NCBI RefSeq assembly: GCF_018977255.1
Contig: NW_024704743.1
Coordinates: forward strand, 49,912,001-49,976,000
From: Callorhinchus milii
Lineage: Eukaryota
DNA: 64,000 nucleotides
Direction: 5' to 3'
The notes below the pieces were generated by a model. That model searched no databases, had not been told where the DNA came from, and saw only the letters and a program-made list of their open reading frames with translations. The position numbers and the translations under genes were made by a program. Shown here one piece after another: positions 12,611 through 25,113 of this stretch (the first letter of the stretch is position 1; each line of letters begins with the position of its first letter).

Positions 12611-13607
12611 CCACGGAAAACTGGTAGAAACTCTCTTCTCTAAATTGTTCCTGCTTGTTGCTGAAACTGTCCTGCATTATAAATGTGGTGGTTTCACCAA
12701 CATGAATGAGAAACCAAGTAGTCCAAACTACGCATGAGGCATTTCTCCATCAGGAAGAGTAATTACAGGAACTGATGTTGATTAAACACACTAAAAAACA
12801 AGAACCAACATAAGAATTAAGACAGTCTTGATTACAAACAAAACTTTAGTTGTGCAACAAAGAAAATTGTTATAGTGATGTGACTGCAAGGCCATGTGAT
12901 TACGGAATCCACAAAGACATGGAACTTAAAATTCTAAATTGTCATCAGGAGACAAAATATGAGAGGTGAGCAATATTATATTCCAAACGTTCCCAGGGCA
13001 CATCTCTAGGCTGTTCACACACAATTGCTAAAATCAGAACAATGTAATGCACTCGCTACAGCGGTGACGAAGAGATTTGAAGAGTCACACAGCTGTCAGG
13101 TGAAAATGAATCAAATTTAAAAAAAATCAGAATGAGTTACAACAGGGCTGAACACAAAGCAGTAGACAACACTCGTACATAGATACATGGGGTGAAAACT
13201 GCGGCAAGCCATGTGTTAAATAACACTGATGGTTACCATATGTTAATGATCCCCTGGTCATTAGCATGTATAAGAGGTGCCCTGGGATAGGATCTCTCAA
13301 CCTCATGTTTCCTACAGTGCTTATAAAGAAGCAGTTATACAATTAAAATGGAAGTTAAGAATTTTATACAATCCTGCACAATCTTACCTTATAAGTCAAT
13401 AATTTTAAAGCTAAGACCGTGAGGGAGTTCAGGTTTTAGAAACTTTCATACTCCAAACATTGGAGACAAACTGAAAAATATTCTGGCTCCCATTTCTGCA
13501 AGGCTATGTCTTAGGAAAACCAATGAAGGTTAAAAAGATGCAGGCTAAGATGTTGCAGGCCATAGTAGAATGGAATTGGAATAGGTCACCCACTTGGAGA
13601 AAAGCAG

Positions 13608-13815
13608 AACCATAGAAATTTACAGCCCAGAAGAAAGCCATTTTGCTCATCATGTATGTGCTGGCTCTTTTAATAGCATCCCTTCAGTGCCAGTTACCTG
13701 CCCCCCTACCCCTGTAGTTTACTACTTTATAGGTATTTATCTAGTCTCCTTATAAAAGCTAATATGGATTTTGCCTCAACCACCAAGGGCATTCCATATC
13801 CTAACTATTCTGTAA
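13608..13815 (-). mobile_element. CR1 3' end
   Basis: CATAGAAATTTACAGC...GCCATT CR1 terminus; similar to 29988-30290. Confidence 0.65.
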
Positions 13816-14875
13816 CATTCTATCAATTAATTTTGCATTTGTCCTTTGACAGAAATCTTACAGAAATGAAAGTGCAGGTCAATTTATTTTCAAATAATAA
13901 AAACTCAACAAATAAAGTTATTTCCCTAGCAATTTATTAGCTCAGTGTTGATTCACCAAAAAATATTGGAACTCACATCTCTTGTTCCTATACCTACTAT
14001 CAGGTCTATTGTAATCCCACGTCATTTAATGGAAATAGTTTTAAAACGGTTCTTATTAAAGGCACTGATACACACACACACATACACATGGGCTCAAAAG
14101 TTGCAGCAATGTTAAAAATTATGATTATTGAATGTTTAAATATTGCCTGGAAAGAAGCATGATACATTATGAAACAAGAGAAAAATACATCGTAGATGAT
14201 TTCTTGAATGTATTTTTAAATGCACCTACAGTACTGTCTCATACACATCATAAACAACCATAGAAAATTGTGAAAGAGTGAAACAGGTAAGTACTCAAGA
14301 TAATAAATTAGTTCACTGAGGGCAATTGCAAATCACAAACCTCACCTCCACTGATATTCACTGACAGTCACCAACAGTCGTCCAAGAAACAAATTTCGAT
14401 CGAGCAGAAGCTCAATAATGGTAATTCAGGTCTAATGGACTGTGTGCACAGTACTGGTGATGTGCAACATCACATCCCCATGGTAATTCATTATGACATT
14501 CATGTCAGGAAACTGCAGTTGATAAAAATACCTGCAACACCTGAAGTGTTTTTGACTCCTGCTGTTTATTGAAAAAAGCAGACAGACAACCATCCTGCCC
14601 AACAGCAAGCATCTGCATGTGGCCGATCAATGAAAAGAACACAGTGAATGATCTAAAAGGTTAGTGATTAAGAGAACATTTATTAAGTTAGGATGTTAAG
14701 TTAATGTGCATTTAATGCAGATGGAAAGGTCACACCCAGAATAGAGGAAAATCACTCATACAAGTCTGTATGGAATGTTGTGGCCCTGGTCTTCAGGTTG
14801 TAAGAAAGCCTGAGGTGCAAGATATGCTATACAGAATTTCAAACACTGAATACCTTGGTATATGTTGTATTAGAT

Positions 14876-16878
14876 CAGGGGTTGGCAATTATTTTGGCTG
14901 GCGGGCCACTTCACGAGTTTTGGTAAGCTTCGTAGGCCACACATTTAATATAGATGCAAATGCTTAATAATAGATCAAAATCAAGCCTTACACTTGTACA
15001 TGCATAAAATAAAGTCTATATAATTGAAATTCATTAAAATTAGGTTAAGTAAAAACAACTCATTGTGCAGACATTTATTCGATGTTTATTCATTTATTCA
15101 CATATTGATGAGAATGTGAGAAGCTCACTCAATGGGAAGAATGAAAGTGCTGATATGCGTTAACCAGACAATTGAAGTCAGGCATCGTCTCCATTGTTGC
15201 AATACGGAGTACTACTGCAAGATGGTCATCAGTCATCACAGATCTATGTTTTGATTTATTGAATTTCATCTCAGAAAATGTCTCCTCACATATGTATGTC
15301 GATCCAAACAGCACAAGCATCCTCTGGGTATGAGCCTTATTTTTGGAAATGTATATTCATTAAGAGAGGCGTAAAAACTGGGAAGCGACACTGATTTGAA
15401 TTGCTCTGCAAGCAATAGATCACATTGCAGGTCAATAGCTTGAGTTGGAGGTCAAATGGGGCTTTGTCAAATGAAGAGACCAAAGACAGGTCATTTTCAA
15501 TCAAATTGAAATCCTGGAATTGGTGAGAAAATTCGGCATGTAAGTCAAGTAGTGAGGAAGTATACTTTTTAAGACTTTGATCGCAACCAGTAATCTGCTG
15601 CAAAGTTGAAAAGTGGGCGAACAGCCTGTTTCCTATCTGACGCGATAAAAGAAATAATTTCATCATAAATGACTTGACACTGCAATATAAATCGTACACA
15701 AAGGCCCCCTTCTGTTGCAGTTTTGAATTCAGTTCATTCATGTGGCCCATGATATCAACGGCAAATGCAAAACCAGAGAACCAATTTGCATCATTCAGTG
15801 CGGGAAATCCAAATCTTTTTGTTTCATGTCCAAAAATAAATCAATCTCTGTTCTCAGCTCCCACACTCTTTTCAAGACCTTTCCTGAACTAAACCATCTT
15901 ACATTCGTGTGACACAAAACATCCGTGTGCCCAGATTCCAATTCCTCAAGTAGAGTTACAAATTGCCTGTGGTTTAATCCTCTTGCTCGAATGCAGTTGA
16001 CTCTTTCGTAACTGTGTCCACGACATTGCTTAGTTTTAGAACACTCTTACAGAGGACCTCTTGGTGGTTAATGCAGTGTAGAAAAACAATATTCTGTACT
16101 GGATTTATTTCTTTGACTTGATCTTGAATTCTTTTCAGGTACCCAACATTTTTGCCTGTCAGATTTGGGCTTCCATCAGTGGTCACATTCACCAATTTTT
16201 TCCACTCCACTCCTAATTTTAAGATACACTTATTTACTGCTTTCAAAAGCTCTTTTCCAGTTGTCATATCTTTCATTGACTGCATTGATGCCAATTTTTC
16301 TGTGAGCTCAAAATGTTTGGTGATATCTCGAATACAAATTATCAACTGGGCTGTGTCTTTGACATCACAGCTCTCAATGAGTGCCAGTGAAAAACATGCA
16401 AAATTGCTTACTTTATTTTGTAACTGCACACTGTTTTTACTTTCTATATTTTATTTTTTAATTTATTTTTATTTTATTTGTTTTATTTTTCACCCACACT
16501 GGTTAAAAAAAATTTAGAAGTCCATTCGTTGTTGAATATTCAACCTTCAGGGTCCACTTTCCGCTTCTTTGATAAACTCATTTCGAAGTAACTTCCTCTT
16601 CAGTGAAAAGTATAGCCGCGGTTGCCGCGAGCGCGTGTTTGAAAATTTGCCGGTCCGTACATTTCTGACGACAGCCTGATTCTACACTTAAGGGAGCGTG
16701 TGCACAACTAAACAGTGTGATTGGCTGATGTTCCCGGTCTGATTCAAATGCTAAATTTGTGCGACTTTCTGGGACTGAATGAACTATAATTTTTGCTATT
16801 GCTAAACACAACGACGGACCGGATGGAATCATTTGGCGGGCCGGATATGGCCCGCAGGCTGTATTTTGCCCACTCCTG
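14876..16878 (-). mobile_element. hAT DNA transposon (Buster/Charlie-type), non-autonomous, 2003 bp
   Basis: Imperfect TIRs CAGGGGTTGGCAA / TTGCCCACTCCTG; perfect 8-bp TSD TATTAGAT (14868-14875, 16879-16886) with central TA; subterminal GGCGGGCC motifs. Confidence 0.95.
15129..16581 (-). pseudogene. Disrupted hAT transposase (GTF2IRD2/EPM2AIP1-like family)
   Basis: N-terminus MSLSKKRKVDPEG*IFNNEWTSKFF from ATG 16581; SLALIES (expected DES), VTTDGSPNLTG, HCINHQEVLC; C-terminal FGSTYICEETFSEMKFNKSKHRS (hAT dimerisation domain); stops, frameshifts and a large internal deletion. Confidence 0.9.
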
Positions 16879-16970
16879 TATTAGATACTTAACTCTTACC
16901 CTTGCAAATAAGGCTGTAATGCTGTGTTGTAACCAGAGGGCATAAATTACATTTTTGCCTGTCAGATTTG

Positions 16971-17452
16971 TACTCTCACACACCAGGCTCTGTGACCCCA
17001 TCACTCCCACCCTCGCCTGACTCTATTGGCTCTCCATCCCCCAGAAGATCGAGTTCAAGATCCTCGTCCTCACCTTTAAGGCCATTCACGGCCTTGCCCC
17101 ATCCTACCTCTCTGACCTGCTGACTCCCTACCCATTCATCGGGCTCCGGTCTGCTCCATGTCTCTCGTCCGATCCACCCTACCATCGGTGGCCGGGCTTT
17201 CAGCCTCTGCCCCCACACTCTGGAACTCCATCCCACAGTCCCTTCGTCTCGCTTCCTCCCTTGCCTCCTTCAAGGCTGGTATCAAGACCCTTCTCTTCGA
17301 TCATGCCTTTGGTCTCCCTCCCACCTTTCTGCCTTTCCTCACCCCTACACCACCCCTCCCCCATGCTCGGGCCCCGACACCTGACTGTTCAGAGCTTTGG
17401 GACATCCTCCCAACATGAAAGGCGCTCTATAAATGTAATTTTGTTGTTGTTG
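16971..17452 (+). mobile_element. L2 3' fragment (tail type B)
   Basis: LWNSIPQSLRLASSLASFKAGIKT; tail GGACATCCTCCCAACATGAAAGGCGCT + (TTG)n. Confidence 0.9.
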
Positions 17453-17774
17453 TACTGATTATCACGAGACGAGAAAAGAGGAGGTTGGAAGCAATTTGCT
17501 TTTTAGCAGAGAGGATTGTTGGAATCCTTACCATAATTGGCCACAATCTCCGCAATAGGGTTTAAAAGGGAATTTGATAAATACTTGAAAAAATAACATT
17601 AAAGATTACAGGGAAAGATCAGTGAATTGAGATTAGAAATTAGAGATAACTAGTTTGGAAGCTGTCATCAGTATAGACAATAATGGATTGAACAAACTTT
17701 TTCTGTGCTGCAAACATTCTATGACTCTACGATGTTATATACAAATAGAATAAGAGGTACCAATTTACCTTCAA

Positions 17775-18345
17775 CTTGACCAAGTAGTGACTATCCTCCT
17801 TGGAGGGGAGGTAAACAGGGTCTCTTTGGAGCTGACCTGGCTCAAAGGTGACCTGTTGGCAATGGAAAGTTGGAATGGAGTCAACTTCTGTGGCATTCTC
17901 GGTAGTGTTGTTGATGGCTAGTGATGACAGCCCAGCCAGCCTGGCTTTTCAGCAGGACTTGGAGGGCCAGACTTTCAATGGGGGCAGGGATTCGTTCTAC
18001 CCAGTTGCTGTTCATCTTACAAGCCAAAAGCCCTAACAGGTAAGCTGATCCTATCTTGACTATCAGCAGGAAGTTTGCCAAAATGGTGCTCTTAATGGCA
18101 AGTAGTTTTACTCCAACAGTACCTCCATGCACACTCTGGGGTCCCAAGCTTTGGGTCCTGCCAACCTACACCTAATTCTCTCCATAAATAAGTAAGCAGG
18201 GTGTGTGTTTCCAGGGAGAGGGTCCACATTCATTCCAGATACAGGGAACTTTCCATGTGCAGGTGGCATACACATGTGGAACTCTCAACCTAGTTTGGAT
18301 AGTCTTATGTATGGTGATGGGTTTTCAGACACCCAGTTGACCCCA
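17775..18345 (+). repeat. Unclassified ~570-bp dispersed repeat, copy 1
   Basis: Collinear with 40380-40963 (ACTATCCTCCTTGG...GGAGCTGA...AGCCAAAGCCC...TCAGACACCCAG). Confidence 0.75.
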
Positions 18346-19809
18346 ACATCCCTGGACCACTGAGCAACTCGTGCTTGAAAACTTTCAGTTCACATACTCT
18401 GATGCTGAGGCAAGTCTTCATATTATGACTCACCCACAAAATATACAGTCAACCCACTTTACAGTATATACTGTGAAATGCTTTAAGATGTCTCGAAGAC
18501 GTGATAAGGCACTATATCAAATGCAAGGATTATCATTATTAAATTATAGTAATAAAACCATTGAGAAAATAAGAAGTACTGTAGTTTCCTTACGTACACA
18601 GCTAAATTAAACACCTCAAAACAAATTCAAAACAAAATTAAAAAGTTTAAAACTTTACTTCTGCTCCAACTCTAAGATTCGCTCTTCCTCAGTTTGCTTT
18701 CCTTTTCTATTTTTTCTATTGTTTCAAAAACAATTCTTGACTTTTCTACAACGTATTTAAAACTTCCAAATCCCTGTGTTCACTTGGAAGGTTAAAAATG
18801 TCTGCAAACCATCTCCACCACTGATTTCAGAAGCACTATTTCTCAATAATAATCCTTACAGTGGATATAGGTCCTTTCATGCCAGAAGGATCTCTGAAAG
18901 TGCTTCACAGGATTTACTGTAATGTGTAGTGTCTGTGTATTTTATAGGCAGATGAGCCGGCACATTTGCACATAGCAGCGTCCCACCAACAGTCATGACC
19001 AATGACCAATTTTTGTCTTGCCGATTGTTAACCAAGACACCAAGCCAACAAACACCCAGTTTTAAAAAAAAGCGTTGTAGAAAAGAAATGTTTTTGAAAC
19101 AATAGATCAAGGATCTAGACTGCAAGAGACAACAATAGTCTTAAAGAGAACTACACAACCTGAAAATAAATATTATTCAGGGATTATTCAATGGAAAACA
19201 AATATTATTGACCAAATATCTCAATTTTGGTGAGTTGGGAGCCAGCTTTAAAATATCACTCTTAAAGGAAACCAGACAACAACCTAGGTCAAAGCAATTT
19301 AAAAAGAAATCAGCAGAGAGGTGAGAATAATATTCCCCCACTGATGATGCCAGTGGCAAACATAAAATTCAGTATCAGAGAATACAGCAGTGTTCCACTC
19401 TCAATAAGTGGGTTGAGTGCAGAACTGGCTGTTCCATCAGGTTTAATAAATGCAACAATTATTCTCGTGAATACTGTAATCTCGCGATCTGAGATTGGAT
19501 CAGTCCTTCACGGAGTGAGCATAGCTACAGTGCTCTCTTTTTCTACTTAACTTGATTATATTTATAATTGCCAGGACAATCTCTGCATCCCATTGTGAAG
19601 TGCACCTCATTAGCAGTGCTATACTTTGGAATTACTGTAGAAGGAACAACCATATTCTCTAATTATAGCATCAAGAATTGTAAATCAAACGGAGCAAAAT
19701 GTAATAGCAAGTTTCCATTCTGCTCTCTCTCTTTCTCTAAATTCTGATGAGATGACTAAAGATGTCAGTCTGGAGTTGGGTATCAGTCTCGTTCTAGACT
19801 GACAGCACT

Positions 19810-20652
19810 CTCTCTGCAACAAATTATAGCAAGATATTAATAAACTTGCTGAATGGCAAATGCATTTCAATGTAGAAAAGTGTGAGGTGGTACATTTTGG
19901 TAGAAGGAATAAGGAAGTCACATACATCCTGGAAAATAAAAACCTAAATGGGATATGGGAGCAAAGGGACCTAGGGGTACATGGACACAATTCACTAAAA
20001 GTAGCAACGCAGGTTAATAAGGCCATAAAAAAAGGCAAACCAAGCATTGAAGTTAATTTCTAGAGGGATAGAAATGAAAAGCAGGGAAGTTATGGTAAAC
20101 TTCTCTAGAACCTTGGTTAGACCTCACTTAGAATAATCTGGTCCCCACATTACAGAAGGGATGTAGAGGCACTGGAGATTGTGCAAAGGAGATTCACAAA
20201 GACGATCCCAGAATTGAGAGGTTATACCTATCAGGAAAGGCTGAACATGCTTGGACTCTTCTCTTGAAAAGAGGACGGTAAAGTGTGATCTGATAGAGAT
20301 CTTTAAAATGATAAAAGCTTTTGATAGGGTAGACACAGGGAAGATGTTTCCACTTGTGGGGGAGACCAAAACCAGGGGCCATCAAAATAAAATAGTCACA
20401 AATAGATCAAATAGGGAAGTTAGAAGAAATGTCTTCACACAGAGAGTAGTGGGAATGTGGAACATGCTACCACAAGGAGTTGTTGAGGTAAATTGAGGAA
20501 GCTAGATAGGTACATGAGGGAGAAAGGAATAGAAGGTTATTCTTGAAGGCTTAGTTGAGGAAAGGCAGGAAGAGGCTCATGTGGAGCATAAACATCGGCA
20601 TAGACCAGTTGGGCCGAATGGCCTGTTTCTGTGTTGGATATTCTAATGTATT
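19810..20652 (+). mobile_element. CR1 LINE 3' portion (RT C-terminus and 3' UTR)
   Basis: MHFNVEKCEVVHFGRRN, EQRDLGV, DLIEIFKMIK, TRGH, FTQRVVGMWN; GGGCCGAATGGCCTGTTTCTGTG terminus. Confidence 0.92.
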
Positions 20653-20654
20653 CT

Positions 20655-21040
20655 CCTCTGAATCAGAAGATTTGTGGGTTCAGTCCCCATGTTGGGTCAT
20701 TGAAATCATAGTCTAGGCTGACACTCCAATGCAGTGCCTAGGGTGTGTTGCATTGTCGGAGGTGTCATCATTCAGATAAGACATTAAACCAAACTCCCAT
20801 CTGCCTGCTCACGTAAACATTGAAGATCCCGTAGCGCTTCTCAAAAAGACATGGGAATTTATCTATCCCGGATTCTGGTCACCAATCTCCGAAATAAAAC
20901 TGATCATTCACTTCATGACTGTTAGTGGGGCATTGCCGTGCACAAATCAGCTGCTGCAGTTACCTAGAAATACACAGGCACTGCACTTCACACTGAAATT
21001 CTGTGAAGCATTTTCAGATGTCCTCTCGATGACATGTTAA
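20655..21040 (+). mobile_element. Deu-domain SINE
   Basis: CTCTGAATCAGAAG...TCTAGGCTGACACTCC...GGAGGTGTC...AGACATTAAACC...GAAGATCCCGT. Confidence 0.75.
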
Positions 21041-21449
21041 CAACAACTTGGATTTACATAGCGCCCTCCACGCCGGATGTTAAAATGTTATATAATATGC
21101 AAGGATTGTTTGTTCATTAATTTTCAGGGTTAGTAGCTAACAAGGAGTTATCATAGAAAGTTTATAGAACAAGGGGTCATTATGGAATTTGTATTCTGTG
21201 TTTAATCCTCCACTGGGGCTATCTACTCTAATTCCATTCCCTTGTTTTCGCTCTGTAACTTTTCATATTATTTTCCTCAACTGCTTGTTGTATTTTCAAC
21301 TCTGAAATCTGAACTTTAACAGAGAAAGATTGGATTAACGTCTCCTCTGTTTCCCAATCATACGTGAAACTAGTTTGTAGGATTAGCCTCGTTCTAAATG
21401 TGTTACAGGTTCTGAATACAAAGCTTCCCTAAATGTAGTACAAGTCATT

Positions 21450-22270
21450 TTGTTTGGTCAGCCGGGTGTCTGACCACATGCGGAAACCTTTCACAGCAAC
21501 AACAAAATTACATTTGTATAGCGCCTTTCACGTCGGGCAGATGTCTCAAGGTGCTGATCACCATGCTTAAGAGTATCCAAACCAAGCTGAGAGTTCCATG
21601 CATTCTGCCTACACATGCTCACTCTCTCCTTGGAGGGACTCATCTTGCTTACCTAATTCTGGAAAGTATTAGGTGCAGGCTGGCAAGAGACAAGGCTTGG
21701 AGACCCCAGAGTTGGGGTACTGCTGGAGTCTAAACAGGTAAAACCACATAGCTTTCAATTGAGTGCACAGCCTGGAAAGCTTTCCTGCTGCTTTTCCAGC
21801 TAGTGCCCCCCTTTGGCTTACAGGGTTAAAAAAAAAAAAAAAAAATCCTTGCATTTGATATAGCGCTTTTCACGTCGGGAGGACGTCCCAAAGCGCTTCA
21901 CAGAACACACCTGTAAAGTGAATTGTCTGTATATTTGTGGGCGAACGCGGCAGCCAATTGCGCACAGCAATGTCCCACAAACAGTCGTGGATTGAAAATG
22001 ACCAATTTATTATTTTGTTTTTTTGGAGGGATTATTATTAGGCGTGTGGAGTAAGGAAACTTGCCCAAGGTTTCGCCCTGCCTGGAATTGAACTCAGGTC
22101 TCTCGCTTGCAAAGCGAGTGCTCTAACCACTGAGCTACAGGACTCCACTTAACAGGAGCTGAGTGGGAGGAGTCCCTGTCCCAAGACTGTCCTGTCCTTC
22201 CAAGTCCTGCCGATGAGCCAGGCTGTTTGTTCCTTCATCAGCAGTGCTACTGTGGACCTATCTGGCACAA
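21450..22270 (-). repeat. Unclassified repeat copy 2, split by an L2 tail (~21496-21556) and a SINE
   Basis: GGTCAGCCGGGTGTCTGA...CCATGCTTAAGAGTATCCAAACC; resumes after the SINE as in the uninterrupted copy at ~36937 (CAGGGTTAACAGGAGCTGAG). Confidence 0.75.
21830..22148 (-). mobile_element. Full-length young tRNA-Ala SINE, TTAA duplicated, oligo(T) tail
   Basis: A box TAGCTCAGTGG, TGC anticodon loop, B box GTTCAATTCC; TTAA at 21826-21829 and 22149-22152. Confidence 0.95.
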
Positions 22271-23174
22271 AAACCCCATTTCTCATACCCCCGACCACCC
22301 CCGCCAACCCCCCCTCCCCCCAACCATACTCCCGGAGCATAACACAAGTAAAGATAGTTACTGTCATCCTTACTCAGAATGATCATAAAGGTGAATGAAT
22401 GGTGTAGGAAATTAGCAAATTAGCAAACCAGTAAAATGAAGGGCATTCTTCTGAGGTTTGGGTTCTTGTCAGGAGTTTCGCCCGCAAAATATACAGTCAA
22501 TTCACTTTACGGTATATTCTGTGAAGCGTTTTAGAAGTCTCGAAGATGTGATAAGGCGCTAGATCAAACGCAAGGATTATTATTATTATTATTATTATTA
22601 TATTATGTGAAACCAGAATCACAAAGCAAGCTTTACTCTGGATTTGACCTTGGAGCAGTTGGCACAGAGACGGTAGAAATTGTGCACTGAAATCCTTCCC
22701 CTTCATAAGAACAATATCCCCATCCTTTCCCTAACAATTGCATCAGTTTCAATGGGGTCACTGCATGGAGCCATTATTTAAGATAAACCATATTGAATTT
22801 TTAGCTGAAACTGGTTCAGAAGAAAGGAACACCCATTAATTTTTGACAGCAGGTATAACCTCTCTTCTAAAAATGAAGTTTTAAACAATAATGATTGCAT
22901 AACCATAAAATATATTTTCTGCTCAGTACAAAAAGCATTAAAAACTGGTACTATACATGTCATTTTGACAGTAGCTGCTTCAGCTAAAGTGGTTATGGAT
23001 AATTCATGAATGTCCACGGAAGAATCATAAATTCCCTTAGCTATCTGTAGTTGATCATGTGTAAATAGATATCTCTCCCTCTCATTCTCTCATTTTATTT
23101 TCTCTAGCTAACATTCGTGGACCTTAGAGCTAAGAAGAAAAAAATCTCACAAAATGTTATAACCCTTTTGAAGA

Positions 23175-23370
23175 TGTGCTGCATTGTTTGAGGTGCTGTT
23201 CTTTGGATGAGATGTTAAACCACAGCTCCATTGTTCAGGTGAATGTCATAAAGATCCCGTGGCACTATTTGAAAAGAGAAGAGAGTTTCTCCCAATGTTT
23301 TGGTTCTCCCAACCCCCATCAAAAATTGGTCATTCACTTTGTGACATTGTTGCATGCGAATTGGCCTCAT
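23175..23370 (+). mobile_element. Deu-domain SINE fragment
   Basis: GGATGAGATGTTAAACC...AAAGATCCCGTGGCACTATTTGAA. Confidence 0.7.
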
Positions 23371-24754
23371 TATCAATTCTGGATTGATTACCAGACCTAT
23401 CAAAGTACATATCCCTTTAAACTAAAAGGAGCCGTTCTGGATGGTAAACTGTCTTCTGATGCATCATATGTTGCTGGAGAGTATGTTCCAAATACATGTA
23501 ATATATTTGTAGCTTATCGGGGAATAAAGTAGTTTAGTTTTGTGTCTACAAAAGAATGAATATTTCCACATCTGCCTAGTTCCTGGTATTAGCATCTCCT
23601 ACAATAGTGATGGCTCTTAAAATCATTGCAGGAGCTTGTAAAACTAGGCACAAGGCAGATGTGGATATATTCTCTTGCTTGATTTGCTGGAGAGAATTAT
23701 TCTTTTTCCCCTGTTCTGCCTTTTCTAAAGTACTTATTAAAAAAAATGAAATCAGTCATGCTGTAAATAGTTACTGAAACACAGTGGGAATGTTAATTCT
23801 TCAGCAAAATCCAGTCAGTAATCGATTCAGTGGTTTAATTCCCATTCATAAAGAATGCCGAGGGCCTCAGAAATTCTTTTCTCAATGGTAAACATTCAGG
23901 GACAGTGAACAAAACAAAAATCTGGACTAACTGTACTTAGGGAGTGGGCTGGGAAATTTCTGCAATCTGTCTACTTGTCTGAAACACTGATTGATCAATT
24001 TTGACAGCACCTAAGTCTTTCAACCCAACGTGGTCTGTGCACCTGTATTTTAAACTTCTCATTGTTCCCTCTGCTCAGCAAGGCCAATGTTAACAACACT
24101 TTGAATAAACTGCAGACAAAACCCAGCACAAATTAAGACTGAAAGACTCTATGCAGAAAAATAACTGTTGGGTGTTATTGGAACCTTGCTAAATGTAATC
24201 GCTGTCTAACTAACACAAAATTCATCCCACAAATCGCTTGTCTCCCACCAGATCCCAAAAGAAATCTCTTGTTAGCTGCTGGAAGCCTGACTCTTCCTGT
24301 TTGGGTCCCTACTTTTGCAATAAAGAAAGAAATATTCCGAAGGAGTTGTGAAAGATATAGGCCAGAAGGCTTGGAATTTTTTGCTTTCATAAACCAACAG
24401 AAATTTTCTTGTCAACAAAAGTAAATGACCGTGGCCTCCGTTCAGCCACGGTCATCGCCAGTTAGTGAAGGGAAAACTGGCCAAGGTTCATGATGAACAC
24501 CATGTGCTAACCTCTGGTGAAAGGAGCCAGCACAACAAAGCAGCCTTCTGACACTCACACACCAATAATGACTTCAATGTAACAGAAGGTGTCTGGGAGG
24601 TGTGGAACCATTCCCAGGCTTCAGTCAGCACATTAGGAGAAAAGAAGGAGGAGGAAGACGAAAATTACCTATTGAAACTAAATCATAATATTAAGTTTGT
24701 TTAATTTAATTAAAAANTATAATTTCAATTAAATGATTTGATTTTAAAAAACAT

Positions 24755-25113
24755 TCATTTAGGATTTTTAAAAGCATTTACATTTAGTGTTTCCCCTAAA
24801 GAATGTTTCAACTTTGTAAAATTATATAATGAAGCAGTTATTTGAGCTGTTCTGGGACCTTGTACAGCCTTGTACTCTTCTAATGTCCTATTGCTGTTCT
24901 GCTGCATCAGTTTCTGTTCTAGCTCGCATTCCATCTCTTTTTCCAGATGAATTGATGCTGCTCCCCTTGCACCTTTGTCTGGCAAATCTTCCTGGCTAAA
25001 CCCACCTTCCATTAATCCCTCTATTTGTGGGTACTGCCTAAACCAGTGGTGCTCAATTGGTAGTATGTTTTCATTTTTTTCTTGATTGACCATTTCTTGA
25101 TTTATGCCATGCA
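24755..25113 (-). other. Candidate coding exon or pseudogene fragment, product unknown
   Basis: ~119 open codons in non-repetitive DNA, E/Q/K-rich, preceded by acceptor GTGCTTTCAG; no recognised homolog. Confidence 0.25.

Noticed and set aside
14232..14286. Plus-strand AG...CAG|GTAAGT exon-like segment
   Set aside because: Stops in all three frames and a weak pyrimidine tract
24425..24455. Perfect 11-bp hairpin ATGACCGTGGC / GCCACGGTCAT
   Set aside because: Single occurrence at the edge of a decayed SINE-like remnant; no evidence for an ncRNA
24717..24717. Single ambiguous base N
   Set aside because: Assembly uncertainty, not a feature; local continuity here should be treated with caution
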